Positions 55,812 through 64,000 of a stretch of 64,000 nucleotides of DNA are shown here, one piece after another; the stretch's first letter is position 1, and every line of letters begins with the position of its first letter. The translations under genes and the position numbers were made by a program. This stretch comes from a virus: positions 64,001 to 128,000 of IMG/VR virus record IMGVR_UViG_3300028800_000062, one strand, 5' to 3'. The notes beneath the pieces were generated by a model, which saw only the letters and a list, made by a program, of their open reading frames with translations, searched no databases and was not told where the DNA came from.

Positions 55812-55918
55812 CCCTGGCCACCTCCTCTCCGTCCACACAGCCGGGCCTGGTTTACAGGACCAGACCCGGTCCGTTCTGGACGCCGAAACGTCCCGGTAGC
55901 CGTGCAACGGAAACCCGA

Positions 55919-56107
55919 TCATACCACCAGAAGGTCAGGCGACCTTACACTCGGTTCACCAGCAGGATGACCCACACTCCCATCGACAAGAGCGTAAGGG
56001 CCAGGAAGAACATGGCAATCGCACGAATGGACTTCAGCGATTGATCGATAGAGACCAGACGGTCCTGGACTATGACTATCGGAAGATGTTTGATTGATCC
56101 CATCCAT
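55919..56107 (-). CDS. Small hypothetical protein (62 aa)
   Basis: SD AAGGAG before ATG 56107; no recognisable motif. Confidence 0.35.
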   Translation of the reverse strand: MDGINQTSSDSHSPGPSGLYRSIAEVHSCDCHVLPGPYALVDGSVGHPAGEPSVRSPDLLVV

Positions 56108-56217
56108 AGGATTCTCCTTTATTTCGCTGGCAATTCCAGATTGTGCTATATCACCAGGTGAACTCAGCTTTGCCAATGCCACCCGTCTATGTTCATTTCC
56201 TGCCCTCGTGAATGTCA

Positions 56218-56246
56218 TTGCACTTCGCCTTTCTTTCTCCTACACT
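56218..56246 (+). promoter_or_regulatory. Promoter of leaderless HNH gene (repeat copy 2)
   Basis: TTGCAC-17-TACACT, 6 nt before ATG 56253. Confidence 0.6.
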
Positions 56247-56252
56247 GAATCC

Positions 56253-56591
56253 ATGCCCATACGGGCTGAATACCGACATTACTACAACTCCGGCTGGCGC
56301 CGCTTCCGCCTGGAACGCCTGGCAGCCGCTGGCTACCGCTGCGCGCACTGCTATCGCTGGAATTCCCGGCTGAACCTGGCGCATCTGACCCATGATCCCA
56401 CCAGCCGCGCGGCGCTGGCAGTGCTGTGCCCCAGCTGCCACGCCAAGAACGATACGGCCCAGCGCCTGGCGATGACCCGGCGGACCTGGGCGGAGCGCCG
56501 TGGTCAACTATGGCTGAGCGAGGAGCTGCGCTGGGCGCCCTATCCAGCCTGGACTTGGCCGGGCGGCTTGCAGCAGTTAGTATTGTTCTGA
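56253..56591 (+). CDS. HNH-like Zn-binding endonuclease
   Basis: MPIR..Y..W..AGYRCAHC..LNLAHLTHDP..LCPSCHAKND pattern; start reassigned. Confidence 0.75.
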   Translation: MPIRAEYRHYYNSGWRRFRLERLAAAGYRCAHCYRWNSRLNLAHLTHDPTSRAALAVLCPSCHAKNDTAQRLAMTRRTWAERRGQLWLSEELRWAPYPAWTWPGGLQQLVLF

Positions 56592-56637
56592 TATCACAAG
56601 ATTCCCAAAACCGGTGCCAGCGGGTTACAATGGGAAC

Positions 56638-56766
56638 TGGAGCCAGCACCCGTCGCAAGCCGGGCGCTGGATTGGATCACTCGATTTAGTCAGCTATTCA
56701 AGGTGGTTCTATATAGACCACCTCCCTTAAGCGCCCGGCGTTCCCGCGTCGGGCGCTTGGCGTTTA
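56638..56766 (+). ncRNA. Candidate ~130-nt multi-hairpin small RNA
   Basis: TTCCCA-18-TACAAT upstream; stems CCAGCACCCG/CGGGCGCTGG, AGGTGGT/ACCACCT, AAGCGCCCGGCG/CGTCGGGCGCTT. Confidence 0.4.
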
Positions 56767-56852
56767 TGTGCGGTAAGCTGGCATATCGCGTGGGAATCCA
56801 CGTCTGCGTAGGAATTGTAATTAAACAACAGGAAATTCGTATGAAAACCGGC

Positions 56853-56881
56853 TTGACTTACTACGTAGTTACCAGTACGAT
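56853..56881 (+). promoter_or_regulatory. Promoter of leaderless gene 56888
   Basis: TTGACT-17-TACGAT, 6 nt before ATG. Confidence 0.65.
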
Positions 56882-56887
56882 TACTAC

Positions 56888-57121
56888 ATGAAAGGTGGCT
56901 TCATCGCAATTCACTTAGAATCATGCCGACAACTCCGCAGTCAAATGGATGCGTTACTCGGTCTGGACCGAGACCACCAAAGCTCTGTCTCGCAACGAAT
57001 TCCAGCCGAAATGATCAACATATCCCGAGACCTCAACCGGTATATGGAATGGGTTGCCATGAACAAGGAATACCTGGAAGCCTTGAATAGCTCCAAAGAA
57101 TTCCTTGCCGCTGCCAATTGA
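56888..57121 (+). CDS. Small hypothetical protein (leaderless)
   Basis: Has its own promoter and a downstream hairpin. Confidence 0.55.
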   Translation: MKGGFIAIHLESCRQLRSQMDALLGLDRDHQSSVSQRIPAEMINISRDLNRYMEWVAMNKEYLEALNSSKEFLAAAN

Positions 57122-57148
57122 AACGTCCGTAGACTGACCATTTAAGAC

Positions 57149-57182
57149 GGGGTATTCCCCAAGATGAACAGGGGAATACTCC
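57149..57182. terminator. Hairpin between convergent genes (probable bidirectional terminator)
   Basis: GGGGTATTCCCC-loop-GGGGAATACTCC. Confidence 0.6.
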
Positions 57183-57185
57183 AAT

Positions 57186-57401
57186 TTATTCCTCAGTAAT
57201 ATGAATGGGGCTACGGCTGGTCAAGTGGAACACTGAAGAAAGTGGACCGACCTCCAACCGGATCCAAACATGCTTCTCGGTCATCCGCTCGATATGGGCG
57301 CTGGTATCGTTGTGGGCCAATACTATATCCTCTGGAGCGTCTTCCGGATCCCGGCGGATCCGCAACTTCCCCGAATCCGTAAGTCTCTTCTTCGACATCA
57401 C
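57186..57401 (-). CDS. Small phage protein
   Basis: Coupled to upstream gene; DIV..AHIERM...WI pattern. Confidence 0.6.
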   Translation of the reverse strand: MMSKKRLTDSGKLRIRRDPEDAPEDIVLAHNDTSAHIERMTEKHVWIRLEVGPLSSVFHLTSRSPIHITEE

Positions 57402-57787
57402 AGGGCCTCCACGACTTCCTGCGCCTGAATGATGGCCAAACGTTTGTTCGTCTCGGCAAGTTGGGCGATCTCAGGGATCATGGGATCCAACTGGGCGGCG
57501 ATTTCCTCGAGCTTACGGGCATTCTTCCGCTTCAGAGGCAGTAACATGCCCTTGAGCCCGGAATGTTCGCCGCCGATCGAGATGACCCGGGTCTTGTAGG
57601 TCCGGCCCTCATAGGAGCCTTCCTCAATCGTGGTAGGTGTGAGGTAAATGTAGATACCCCGCCGACTTACACCGCCTGTGAGGAAATTGCTCCCGCCGAC
57701 TTCGTAACCCACTTTGACCTGCAGGCTGAAACCTATTTCTGCAGTATCGTACTCGTAATCTTCGTTATTCAATGTAAGGTTCGTCAT
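57398..57787 (-). CDS. Hypothetical phage protein
   Basis: SD AAGGAG; YEVGGSNF.TG...RGIY motif. Confidence 0.65.
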   Translation of the reverse strand: MTNLTLNNEDYEYDTAEIGFSLQVKVGYEVGGSNFLTGGVSRRGIYIYLTPTTIEEGSYEGRTYKTRVISIGGEHSGLKGMLLPLKRKNARKLEEIAAQLDPMIPEIAQLAETNKRLAIIQAQEVVEAL

Positions 57788-57879
57788 GACCTACTCCTTG
57801 CTCCAACACCTCTCCGGCGGAATCAGTAGTTGTCTCCTCCGTAACCGCCGTCGAAGACACCATCCAGTATTCTCCCCAC

Positions 57880-58023
57880 TTACAGTTCGTCGAATTCGAT
57901 CTTCCAGTCCTCGGCTTCCGTCAGGAGCCGCTCCAGGAACTGCTGGTATTCAACGCCGCGCAAACCTTCGGATGCTTCGGACACGGTGTCGCGCACCATT
58001 TGTACTCGATCTTCTATGGACAT
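57880..58023 (-). CDS. Small acidic protein (47 aa, MSIEDRVQMVRDTV...)
   Basis: SD AAGGAG; absent from the ORF track; overlaps the tail of the upstream ORF. Confidence 0.5.
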   Translation of the reverse strand: MSIEDRVQMVRDTVSEASEGLRGVEYQQFLERLLTEAEDWKIEFDEL

Positions 58024-58444
58024 GCTTTCTCCTTGCGCCTAATGACAACATGTGACGGAGCACCCGATCCGGGTAGTCCAACTCGGAGTTGTACACGTGC
58101 AGTTTGCTACGCAGGGTCTTACCGCGATAACGGAATCCACTGCTTAAGTTGTAAGCCACCAATTCGGCGGCCTCCGGAACCGATCCAAAACGCGCCTGGC
58201 CGGAGTCCCATCCAAACCAGTTGTTCCGGGAACGCACGTGCTTGCCGCCGCTGGTTTCGACGATCGTCAAAGCCGGTAACAGCCGCCAGTCTAACCGGTA
58301 ACGGTCAGCAATACGGATGAACGGGACGACGTAGGCCTGCACCGGCCGCCCTTCCAAAGCACGCTCCAGCTGGTCAATTCTCCAGTCCCTGGCCGCGAAG
58401 GCGCAGGTACAGAGCATGCCAATGTAAAGTAGCCTGTGCATCAC
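57950..58444 (-). CDS. Exported lysozyme-like (glucosaminidase-type) protein
   Basis: Signal HRLLYIGMLCTCAFA; ADRYRLDWRLLPALTIVETSGGK..NNWFGW..YN. Confidence 0.65.
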   Translation of the reverse strand: MMHRLLYIGMLCTCAFAARDWRIDQLERALEGRPVQAYVVPFIRIADRYRLDWRLLPALTIVETSGGKHVRSRNNWFGWDSGQARFGSVPEAAELVAYNLSSGFRYRGKTLRSKLHVYNSELDYPDRVLRHMLSLGARRKHVHRRSSTNGARHRVRSIRRFARR

Positions 58445-58600
58445 GGTATTAGTCCTCCATCGTCTTCCCAGCGTCCCAACTCGCCGCGGCCGGCTGGGTC
58501 ATAGTAGGGACACCGGGAGGGCAAACGGCACACATTGCAGTCGCGCGCCCCGCATCCGGAAATCCGGGCGAAGCGCATACAGCAACCAGTGAGAAGAATA

Positions 58601-59017
58601 TTAAACGGCAGGCGGCACCTTGGGAAAGCATGGAGCTGCCGGCCCAAACAACTTGTGAAAGAGCTCGCAGCAGACGTAAGCCGTCAGGTTGTGCCGGGCA
58701 TACAGCCAGGCCGGAAACCCCTCCGGCAAAACCGCAGGCAAAGGCTCATCCTGCGGGATCTCTTCGCCCACTTTATGCGTCGCCGGCCGGCCGCAGTGCG
58801 CACAAGCCTCCCCGGTACAGGAAGCACTGACGAAATGCGAAACCGGCTGCGCCTCTTCTGGCTTATCCAGCAGGCACCGGCAATACTGCTTCAGTACCTT
58901 GGCATGGCATTCCATGGAACATACCCGGGAATGGCTCAGGCTTTCCACAATGCCGCCGAAGTTCGTAGGGTATGGCAACCCACATCCGTTGCAGTAGAGG
59001 GTCTGCTTAGAGAACAT
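58601..59017 (-). CDS. Cys-rich Zn-finger protein
   Basis: CNGC, CSMEC, CAHC, CCELF. Confidence 0.6.
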   Translation of the reverse strand: MFSKQTLYCNGCGLPYPTNFGGIVESLSHSRVCSMECHAKVLKQYCRCLLDKPEEAQPVSHFVSASCTGEACAHCGRPATHKVGEEIPQDEPLPAVLPEGFPAWLYARHNLTAYVCCELFHKLFGPAAPCFPKVPPAV

Positions 59018-59357
59018 CCGGATCCTTCTGTTTCAGCTCCGGCGTAAACTTAGTCCAGCCACCGTTAGGAAGAGGCTTGCCTTTCTCCCGGCGCTTGGGA
59101 AACAGGGTGCCACCTTCCAGTGCCTGGCCGTACTCAAACCGTGCCCGACAGTCGTTGCAGACCATCTCGAAGTAGTCATACTTCCCGGACTTGCGATGCT
59201 GAAAGCGGATGCGAGTTGAGGTGCACGCCCCACAGGCGCACTCTGCCTCGAAGACCTCCTGCAGCTTGGCGATCTCTTTGAAGACGCCCTTCTGGCCGTC
59301 GGCCTCCACTTCAAAAGTGATGCGGCCGTCGCCGGTTCTATAATGGACTTTCATCAT
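59007..59357 (-). CDS. Zn-ribbon phage protein
   Basis: CGAC..YFEMVCNDCRARFEYGQ..LFPKR. Confidence 0.7.
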   Translation of the reverse strand: MMKVHYRTGDGRITFEVEADGQKGVFKEIAKLQEVFEAECACGACTSTRIRFQHRKSGKYDYFEMVCNDCRARFEYGQALEGGTLFPKRREKGKPLPNGGWTKFTPELKQKDPDVL

Positions 59358-59551
59358 TCTCCGTTCGGCGGATCCAATTCGTCCGCCCGCTTCCGCAATA
59401 AGGCCGCGGCTTCCTTACGCTCATCCAAAGTTAGAGTTCGGTCATTGAAGCCGGCCTCGCGCCGCATCGATTCAGGCCAGATCGCAACATCCACATTGAC
59501 TCCGTGAAACTGGCGATCAAGCCAACCCTTCCGCAGTAACGCAGCGCTCAT
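59354..59551 (-). CDS. Small hypothetical protein
   Basis: ATGA-coupled at both ends (start reassigned to MSAALL). Confidence 0.55.
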   Translation of the reverse strand: MSAALLRKGWLDRQFHGVNVDVAIWPESMRREAGFNDRTLTLDERKEAAALLRKRADELDPPNGE

Positions 59552-59796
59552 TGCAACCTTACCTTCGGCCGGCCGGGATAAGTCTGCCCGATCCACTCAT
59601 CGGCGAGACCTACCGCGGAAGACTCCGTCTCCGCCAGGCCCATCTTGCCGTCGAGCGTCCGGCCGCATTTGACAATGTGCCAGCGCCAGTTCCCGTCGAT
59701 CGTCTGGGTTATCTTGTATTGCACCGGAGCGTCGCCCAGAACATCCACATCCCAGGACCAGGGTTGTATCTGGCTGGCATCTACGTAAGAACGCAT
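59548..59796 (-). CDS. Small hypothetical protein
   Basis: SD AGGAG; operon packing. Confidence 0.6.
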   Translation of the reverse strand: MRSYVDASQIQPWSWDVDVLGDAPVQYKITQTIDGNWRWHIVKCGRTLDGKMGLAETESSAVGLADEWIGQTYPGRPKVRLQ

Positions 59797-59799
59797 GAA

Positions 59800-60186
59800 T
59801 TACTCCTGACTATTAGGAATGTCCTCGCGAGGATTGGAAACACGAATCGCCGCCGCCAGGGCCTTGATCTTCTGTGCGGCTGAAAGATGCAAGAGCACCT
59901 TCCGCCAACGGTTCAGGAAGCTGATCTCGTAATCGTTTGCCGTAGCCGCCTCGGTATACCACTTCCAACAGCAGACGCTGTATTGGAGCCATTGACCCTC
60001 TGTAAGCCGCTCTTCCACAGCGTACAGACGATCAAATGTTAGTCGCACAGGATCCCACTCCCTGCTGCGGCCCGCTATAGCCGCGAGCTCCCACCAACCC
60101 AAAGGAGATTGTTGCGTGCAGCACCACGTTGGCAACGCGGGCCGCGGTTCCATAAAGCCGCAGATAATGCTTTCATCGCTGATCAT
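59800..60186 (-). CDS. Hypothetical phage protein
   Basis: Start reassigned to MISDESI (ATGA overlap). Confidence 0.55.
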   Translation of the reverse strand: MISDESIICGFMEPRPALPTWCCTQQSPLGWWELAAIAGRSREWDPVRLTFDRLYAVEERLTEGQWLQYSVCCWKWYTEAATANDYEISFLNRWRKVLLHLSAAQKIKALAAAIRVSNPREDIPNSQE

Positions 60187-60611
60187 TCCCAAATCCCCTT
60201 GCCGCCCTGGCGCGCCGCATCGATCTGTTGCTCCAGCTGGGCTTTGCCATCTCGCGCCTCCGCCAGTGCTTTGAGGATCTCTTCCGGATCCTGTTGGAAA
60301 GTAGCGATAGGCACCATCCGGAGACCTCCCACCGCCGGCTTGCACTGGCCGAACTTCGACCAGATCTGTTGCATATCCGCGGTGACTTCCCATTTCGGCC
60401 GGACCAAACTCAGGATCCGCACCATGTGTTCAAACTCCTTGGCATGAAAAGGAATCTGTACCAGACGCATGGTAGGGATGTTGACGATGACGCCGCCTTT
60501 ATCCAAAAAGGGGCGGGTGGCGTACACTTCGCCGCGCGGCCAAGCCGCCACCCACGCCTGCACCGTACGGAACAGGCGATCGCAAATGCCTGGAAACCAG
60601 ATAGGACTCAT
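60183..60611 (-). CDS. Hypothetical protein
   Basis: ATGA-coupled at both ends. Confidence 0.6.
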   Translation of the reverse strand: MSPIWFPGICDRLFRTVQAWVAAWPRGEVYATRPFLDKGGVIVNIPTMRLVQIPFHAKEFEHMVRILSLVRPKWEVTADMQQIWSKFGQCKPAVGGLRMVPIATFQQDPEEILKALAEARDGKAQLEQQIDAARQGGKGIWE

Positions 60612-61117
60612 GCCGCCCGATACATCTCCGGATCAAGGATCTTCTGGTTCATGAGATAGAACACCAGACTTTCATGGATGCCTTCATCCTCGACCGGCGC
60701 CAGCCACTCGAAGAACCAGGTCTGGCCGCTCACACCATGAGACTTAGCCAGCGTCTTTGGATTTGCCGTCACCTGGTAAATGTGGATCCGCAGCTCCGTC
60801 TGCTTCACCTGCTCATTGAAGATCCAGGCAGGATACCGCTCCGGGTTCTGCTGGCGGCCCATCAGGGCGTCCATGGTCTCCCGGAAGGCCACAAAGATCT
60901 TGCCACTCGGTTTATGGCGCACGCTGGCCAGGTGCTCGTAGAACGTGAGCACATCGCTATCCTTGGGATGGTCGATATGCAGCCGCGGGTCGGGCTCCTT
61001 GCGCTGCGCCGAACCCCCAGGCAGGGGGTATACACTGGCATCCAGGACCTCGAGCTGAGCCATGAACTCCAGGTTGACCGGACGCACCGGCAGGTATAGC
61101 TTTTTGTCTTCCGGCAT
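60608..61117 (-). CDS. Hypothetical protein
   Basis: TAATG coupling; 169 aa. Confidence 0.6.
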   Translation of the reverse strand: MPEDKKLYLPVRPVNLEFMAQLEVLDASVYPLPGGSAQRKEPDPRLHIDHPKDSDVLTFYEHLASVRHKPSGKIFVAFRETMDALMGRQQNPERYPAWIFNEQVKQTELRIHIYQVTANPKTLAKSHGVSGQTWFFEWLAPVEDEGIHESLVFYLMNQKILDPEMYRAA

Positions 61118-61656
61118 TAGCGCCCCTTCTTGGCTTCCGGACGGGTTTGCAGGTCTTCGACCATCACGCGAACTTCTTCTCCGCGTTGGGCCAAGCCGTC
61201 GACCACTTCCTGCAGGCTGGTTACCTGCGCCATCAAATCCTTCTTCAACTCGACAAATTGCTCGAGCAAAGAAGCAGTGGACGGGTCTTTATCCTCCGCC
61301 TCCGCCGCTTTCGGCTCCGGCTCCAGGGACTTCTCATAAGCAGCCACTGCATCCAGTGCCGTACGCAAGCTGGCCAGATCCTGGCTGGCCGCGCGGCCGC
61401 CGCGAGAACCGCCGATGTTCGGCGCAATCACATGTCCGCAAGGACACATGCGTACCGTGTGATAGGTTTCCGTCAGATACTGAATGTCACCGCCCGGCAT
61501 CGCCGAGTAGGAGTTGGCCTGGTACTGCCGCAGATTGATCTCGTATAACCAATCCGACCCGCACCGCGGACACGGCAAAGGCCGCAAGGCCTGCTGCTGC
61601 AACCGCTGAAACCCGCTCGGTTGATCATTCGAATACGGATTTGTTGTTGGCGTCAT
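61117..61656 (-). CDS. Zn-ribbon + coiled-coil protein
   Basis: CPRCGS..CPCG; C-terminal heptads; SD GAGG. Confidence 0.65.
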   Translation of the reverse strand: MTPTTNPYSNDQPSGFQRLQQQALRPLPCPRCGSDWLYEINLRQYQANSYSAMPGGDIQYLTETYHTVRMCPCGHVIAPNIGGSRGGRAASQDLASLRTALDAVAAYEKSLEPEPKAAEAEDKDPSTASLLEQFVELKKDLMAQVTSLQEVVDGLAQRGEEVRVMVEDLQTRPEAKKGR

Positions 61657-61798
61657 CGATTACCTCTTTCTTCTTCTTGCAATAAATACAGCGGTCATCT
61701 AAAAACAAGTGCTTACAGGTAGAAAGCACCCGGTTGTCTTGATCCACGCGAAACCGGGACCGTCCGGTTGCAGGATCCACTATCTCCATGTCGTCCAT
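61625..61798 (-). CDS. Small Zn-finger protein (57 aa, MDDMEIVDP...CKH...CIYC)
   Basis: SD AGGGAG; overlaps both neighbours. Confidence 0.5.
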   Translation of the reverse strand: MDDMEIVDPATGRSRFRVDQDNRVLSTCKHLFLDDRCIYCKKKKEVIDDANNKSVFE

Positions 61799-62447
61799 CG
61801 CCAGCTCCCTTGATACAAACCTTGGCCTGACAGGTGTCACAGTAGCTGCTGGGCACCGGGTAAGCTTCCTGATCCCGGTCCTGATGCACATAGGCATGCA
61901 CCGCCGACTCCAGATACCGCACCATGCGTTCTTTCATCAACTGGCGGGTATAAGATCCGGTGGCCAGAGAATAATGAATCACATCCACCCGCGGATAAGC
62001 CTGCTCGAAGCGGCGGAAATGCATCCAGCGAGCCACAGTCATGACATCCGGATAAGGATAGGCCAGGCCCTCGTGCAAGCGCAGGATCAGAGGCTTCTTG
62101 CCGGAAAGCAATACCGCATACCGGCCCGTGACTTCTACCTGTCCAAAACTCAACAGATAGTCCGTAGCAGGCTGAAATACACCGTGCAAGTCCAATAGAT
62201 CCCGCAACTTACGACAAATACCCGGAAGGGCTAACAGCACCTTCCGGGACTTGGTGGGCATGCAGAATTCAAAGCGCTCGCGCAGCTGTGCAAGCGACGG
62301 CCGGCGCCCATGAAACTCCTCGAGCAACAACCACTTCAGGGTTTCCATTCCGGCTTTCATATCGTCTGCATAAATACTCTCCTGCAGGCGCAAAGGGCAG
62401 CGGGTGTACTCCAGCAGATGACTTTCCGGAATGGTTACGCCCTTCAC
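61713..62447 (-). CDS. Degenerate PD-(D/E)XK (RecB/Cas4-like) family protein
   Basis: N-terminal SHLLEYTRCP and C-terminal P..YCDTC....C cluster frame; catalytic D-ExK not evident. Confidence 0.45.
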   Translation of the reverse strand: MKGVTIPESHLLEYTRCPLRLQESIYADDMKAGMETLKWLLLEEFHGRRPSLAQLRERFEFCMPTKSRKVLLALPGICRKLRDLLDLHGVFQPATDYLLSFGQVEVTGRYAVLLSGKKPLILRLHEGLAYPYPDVMTVARWMHFRRFEQAYPRVDVIHYSLATGSYTRQLMKERMVRYLESAVHAYVHQDRDQEAYPVPSSYCDTCQAKVCIKGAGDGRHGDSGSCNRTVPVSRGSRQPGAFYL

Positions 62448-62812
62448 TTCTTCGCCGGATCGGCAGCCGGCGCAGCAGGCTTCCGGACCAGGGTCCAGGT
62501 ATTCGAGTCGAGATCGTAGTCTTCCGACTGTACCTTGGCCCGCAGATAAATCTGCTGCACCAGAGCGTTGACCTGACCGTTGGCCTGTTCCACTTGCGCC
62601 TTATTGCGTTCCGCGCGCAAAGAAAGGTTATCGGACTCCAGGTTCAGCTCGCGTAATGTACGCAGAATATCTTTCACCTGGTTGACTAGCTCCGGCGCGA
62701 TGGCAATCCGCTCAGCGGCAACTGCCTTGGAGGCTGCCGGCGGCGCCGGGGTCTTGGGGGCCTCGGCTGCCATGACAGGCAAACAGGCCAAAACGAACAA
62801 CATGAAATATTG
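62444..62812 (-). CDS. Exported coiled-coil protein
   Basis: Signal ..YFMLFVLACLPVMA; heptad core; exact start uncertain (62821 or 62812). Confidence 0.55.
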   Translation of the reverse strand, partial: QYFMLFVLACLPVMAAEAPKTPAPPAASKAVAAERIAIAPELVNQVKDILRTLRELNLESDNLSLRAERNKAQVEQANGQVNALVQQIYLRAKVQSEDYDLDSNTWTLVRKPAAPAADPAKK

Positions 62813-62841
62813 CTTCAACATCAGTTATATTGCTCCTTGTC

Positions 62842-64000
62842 TCACTTCCATTGATCAGCGCCGCGCGTCGTCGTCTGTTCGGCTTGATGCAACTGCTCCG
62901 TCTTGGACGACTGGCAGGCGGACACCAACTTGACCATTGGTGCGGCTTTCCGGACCGATACTTTCCGGGGCTCAACCAGCACGGCTTTAACCTGGGCGGG
63001 TTGCTCACGAATCAACAGCATCCGCTTTCCCGCCTCGAGGATCTGTTGCGCAGCATCCCCTTCCAATTGGCGGGCCTGCTGCAGTACCGATTCCCAGAGA
63101 AACTCCGGCGGAATGGTAGTAGCCTCCGACAACTGGCACAGCATGTCATATCGCAGCAGGGGATCCGGCTGCAGCATGATCTTGCGCACATAGGCCGCCG
63201 CCACCGACACCCGGTCGGTAGAAAGAGTGGCCTGCACGGCATTCCAGTAAAAGTAGCTGCGCCGCGGCAACTCCCGGAAGGACTTCAGGCCATGCCGACG
63301 GATATACACATCCGGATCGACCTTCTCCCCGTCCAGCGACGGCAAGTCGATTAATTCAGCCCGCACATCCGGCCGGCTGGCCAGCTGTTGGTCGAAGAAC
63401 TCAGCGAACTTCTGCTTGCCGCCCTCGCCTCCGCGATCGGAGTCGAAACAGCAGATAAAGTGGCGAACCCCGTTATCCAAGGACAACTGCAGATGTTCCT
63501 CGTTGAAGCGCGCGTTGCAAACCGCCACGCTGTTCAACAGTCCGAAGTTATGTGCCGTGACACAATCGGCGTTTCCCTCAAACACATAAATCGAGGAGTT
63601 GCCTTTCGCCAGGTGAAACCCGAACAGCACCTTGCGCTTGGCGAAAGAAGTGTTCACATACTTCGGAGCGTGCTGAAACGACTTGGTTTTGTATTCCGGC
63701 GAGTTCTTATCCAGGCCCTCCAGCTCAGCTTCTTCCTTCTCGAACAACAAGTTACGGCCAGCAAAAGCGATGGGACGGCCTACCGGGTCTTTGATCGTGT
63801 AGATCAGGCTCTGTTCACGGAAGATCCGACTGTCACAAAGCCCAATTTCCTTCAGGAACTTCTCCGAGAACCCTGCCTTATTCATTTCCTCCAGGTACTC
63901 GAAGAAACCGCTCACTCCGCCGATTCCAAAACTGCGCACAATCGGAGCCGACCAGCCGTAGTCGGTCAACTTCGACCGCACCATGTCGGACTGCTTCATG
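62842..64000 (-). CDS. dnaG: DnaG-type DNA primase, 5' part outside window
   Basis: IAFAGR, PKYVNT, LFGF, TOPRIM VFEGNAD..CFDSDRGG, DPD. Confidence 0.9.
   Translation of the reverse strand, partial: MKQSDMVRSKLTDYGWSAPIVRSFGIGGVSGFFEYLEEMNKAGFSEKFLKEIGLCDSRIFREQSLIYTIKDPVGRPIAFAGRNLLFEKEEAELEGLDKNSPEYKTKSFQHAPKYVNTSFAKRKVLFGFHLAKGNSSIYVFEGNADCVTAHNFGLLNSVAVCNARFNEEHLQLSLDNGVRHFICCFDSDRGGEGGKQKFAEFFDQQLASRPDVRAELIDLPSLDGEKVDPDVYIRRHGLKSFRELPRRSYFYWNAVQATLSTDRVSVAAAYVRKIMLQPDPLLRYDMLCQLSEATTIPPEFLWESVLQQARQLEGDAAQQILEAGKRMLLIREQPAQVKAVLVEPRKVSVRKAAPMVKLVSACQSSKTEQLHQAEQTTTRGADQWK

Noticed and set aside
58441-58647. Small Cys-rich ORF between the lysozyme-like and Zn-finger genes
   Set aside because: A gene probably fills this gap, but frame and start could not be determined.
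1-64000. Alternative genetic code
   Set aside because: Genes are full length and tightly packed under code 11, with TAA, TAG and TGA all used as stops.

Overview
This window is part of a large tailed-phage genome, myovirus-like (baseplate hub, wedge and J genes), that probably also replicates as a plasmid. The style of the exported proteins suggests a diderm host, possibly Acidobacteriota (inference). 1-27.1 kb (+) and 27.1-49.3 kb (-) are two convergent virion/lysis gene blocks. 49.3-53.7 kb (-) carries a sigma-like factor, a RuvC-like resolvase, a macrodomain protein and a lambda-O-like initiator with internal iterons. 53.8-55.1 kb is a type Ib ParA/RHH partition cassette flanked by repeat arrays. 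55-57 kb is an accessory patch (candidate type I toxin-antitoxin, HNH, candidate sRNAs). 57-64 kb (-) holds small early/middle genes and a DnaG primase cut by the window edge. No capsid, portal, terminase, sheath, tRNA, CRISPR array or integrase is visible. Three observations stand out. (1) The 1725-aa ORF at 2729-7906 carries ordered motifs of both the beta and beta' subunits of two-barrel RNA polymerases in one chain, with a non-canonical DHDKD catalytic loop, and is a candidate virion RNAP. (2) About ten proteins in the tail/baseplate blocks, mostly fibre- or spike-like and including an S74-chaperone fibre, have Sec-type signal peptides and most are rich in paired cysteines. This suggests the virion appendages are exported and oxidatively folded in the periplasm. 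(3) Two related candidate antisense RNAs lie at the two ends of the replication operon. All calls are by eye from motifs; no database searches were run.
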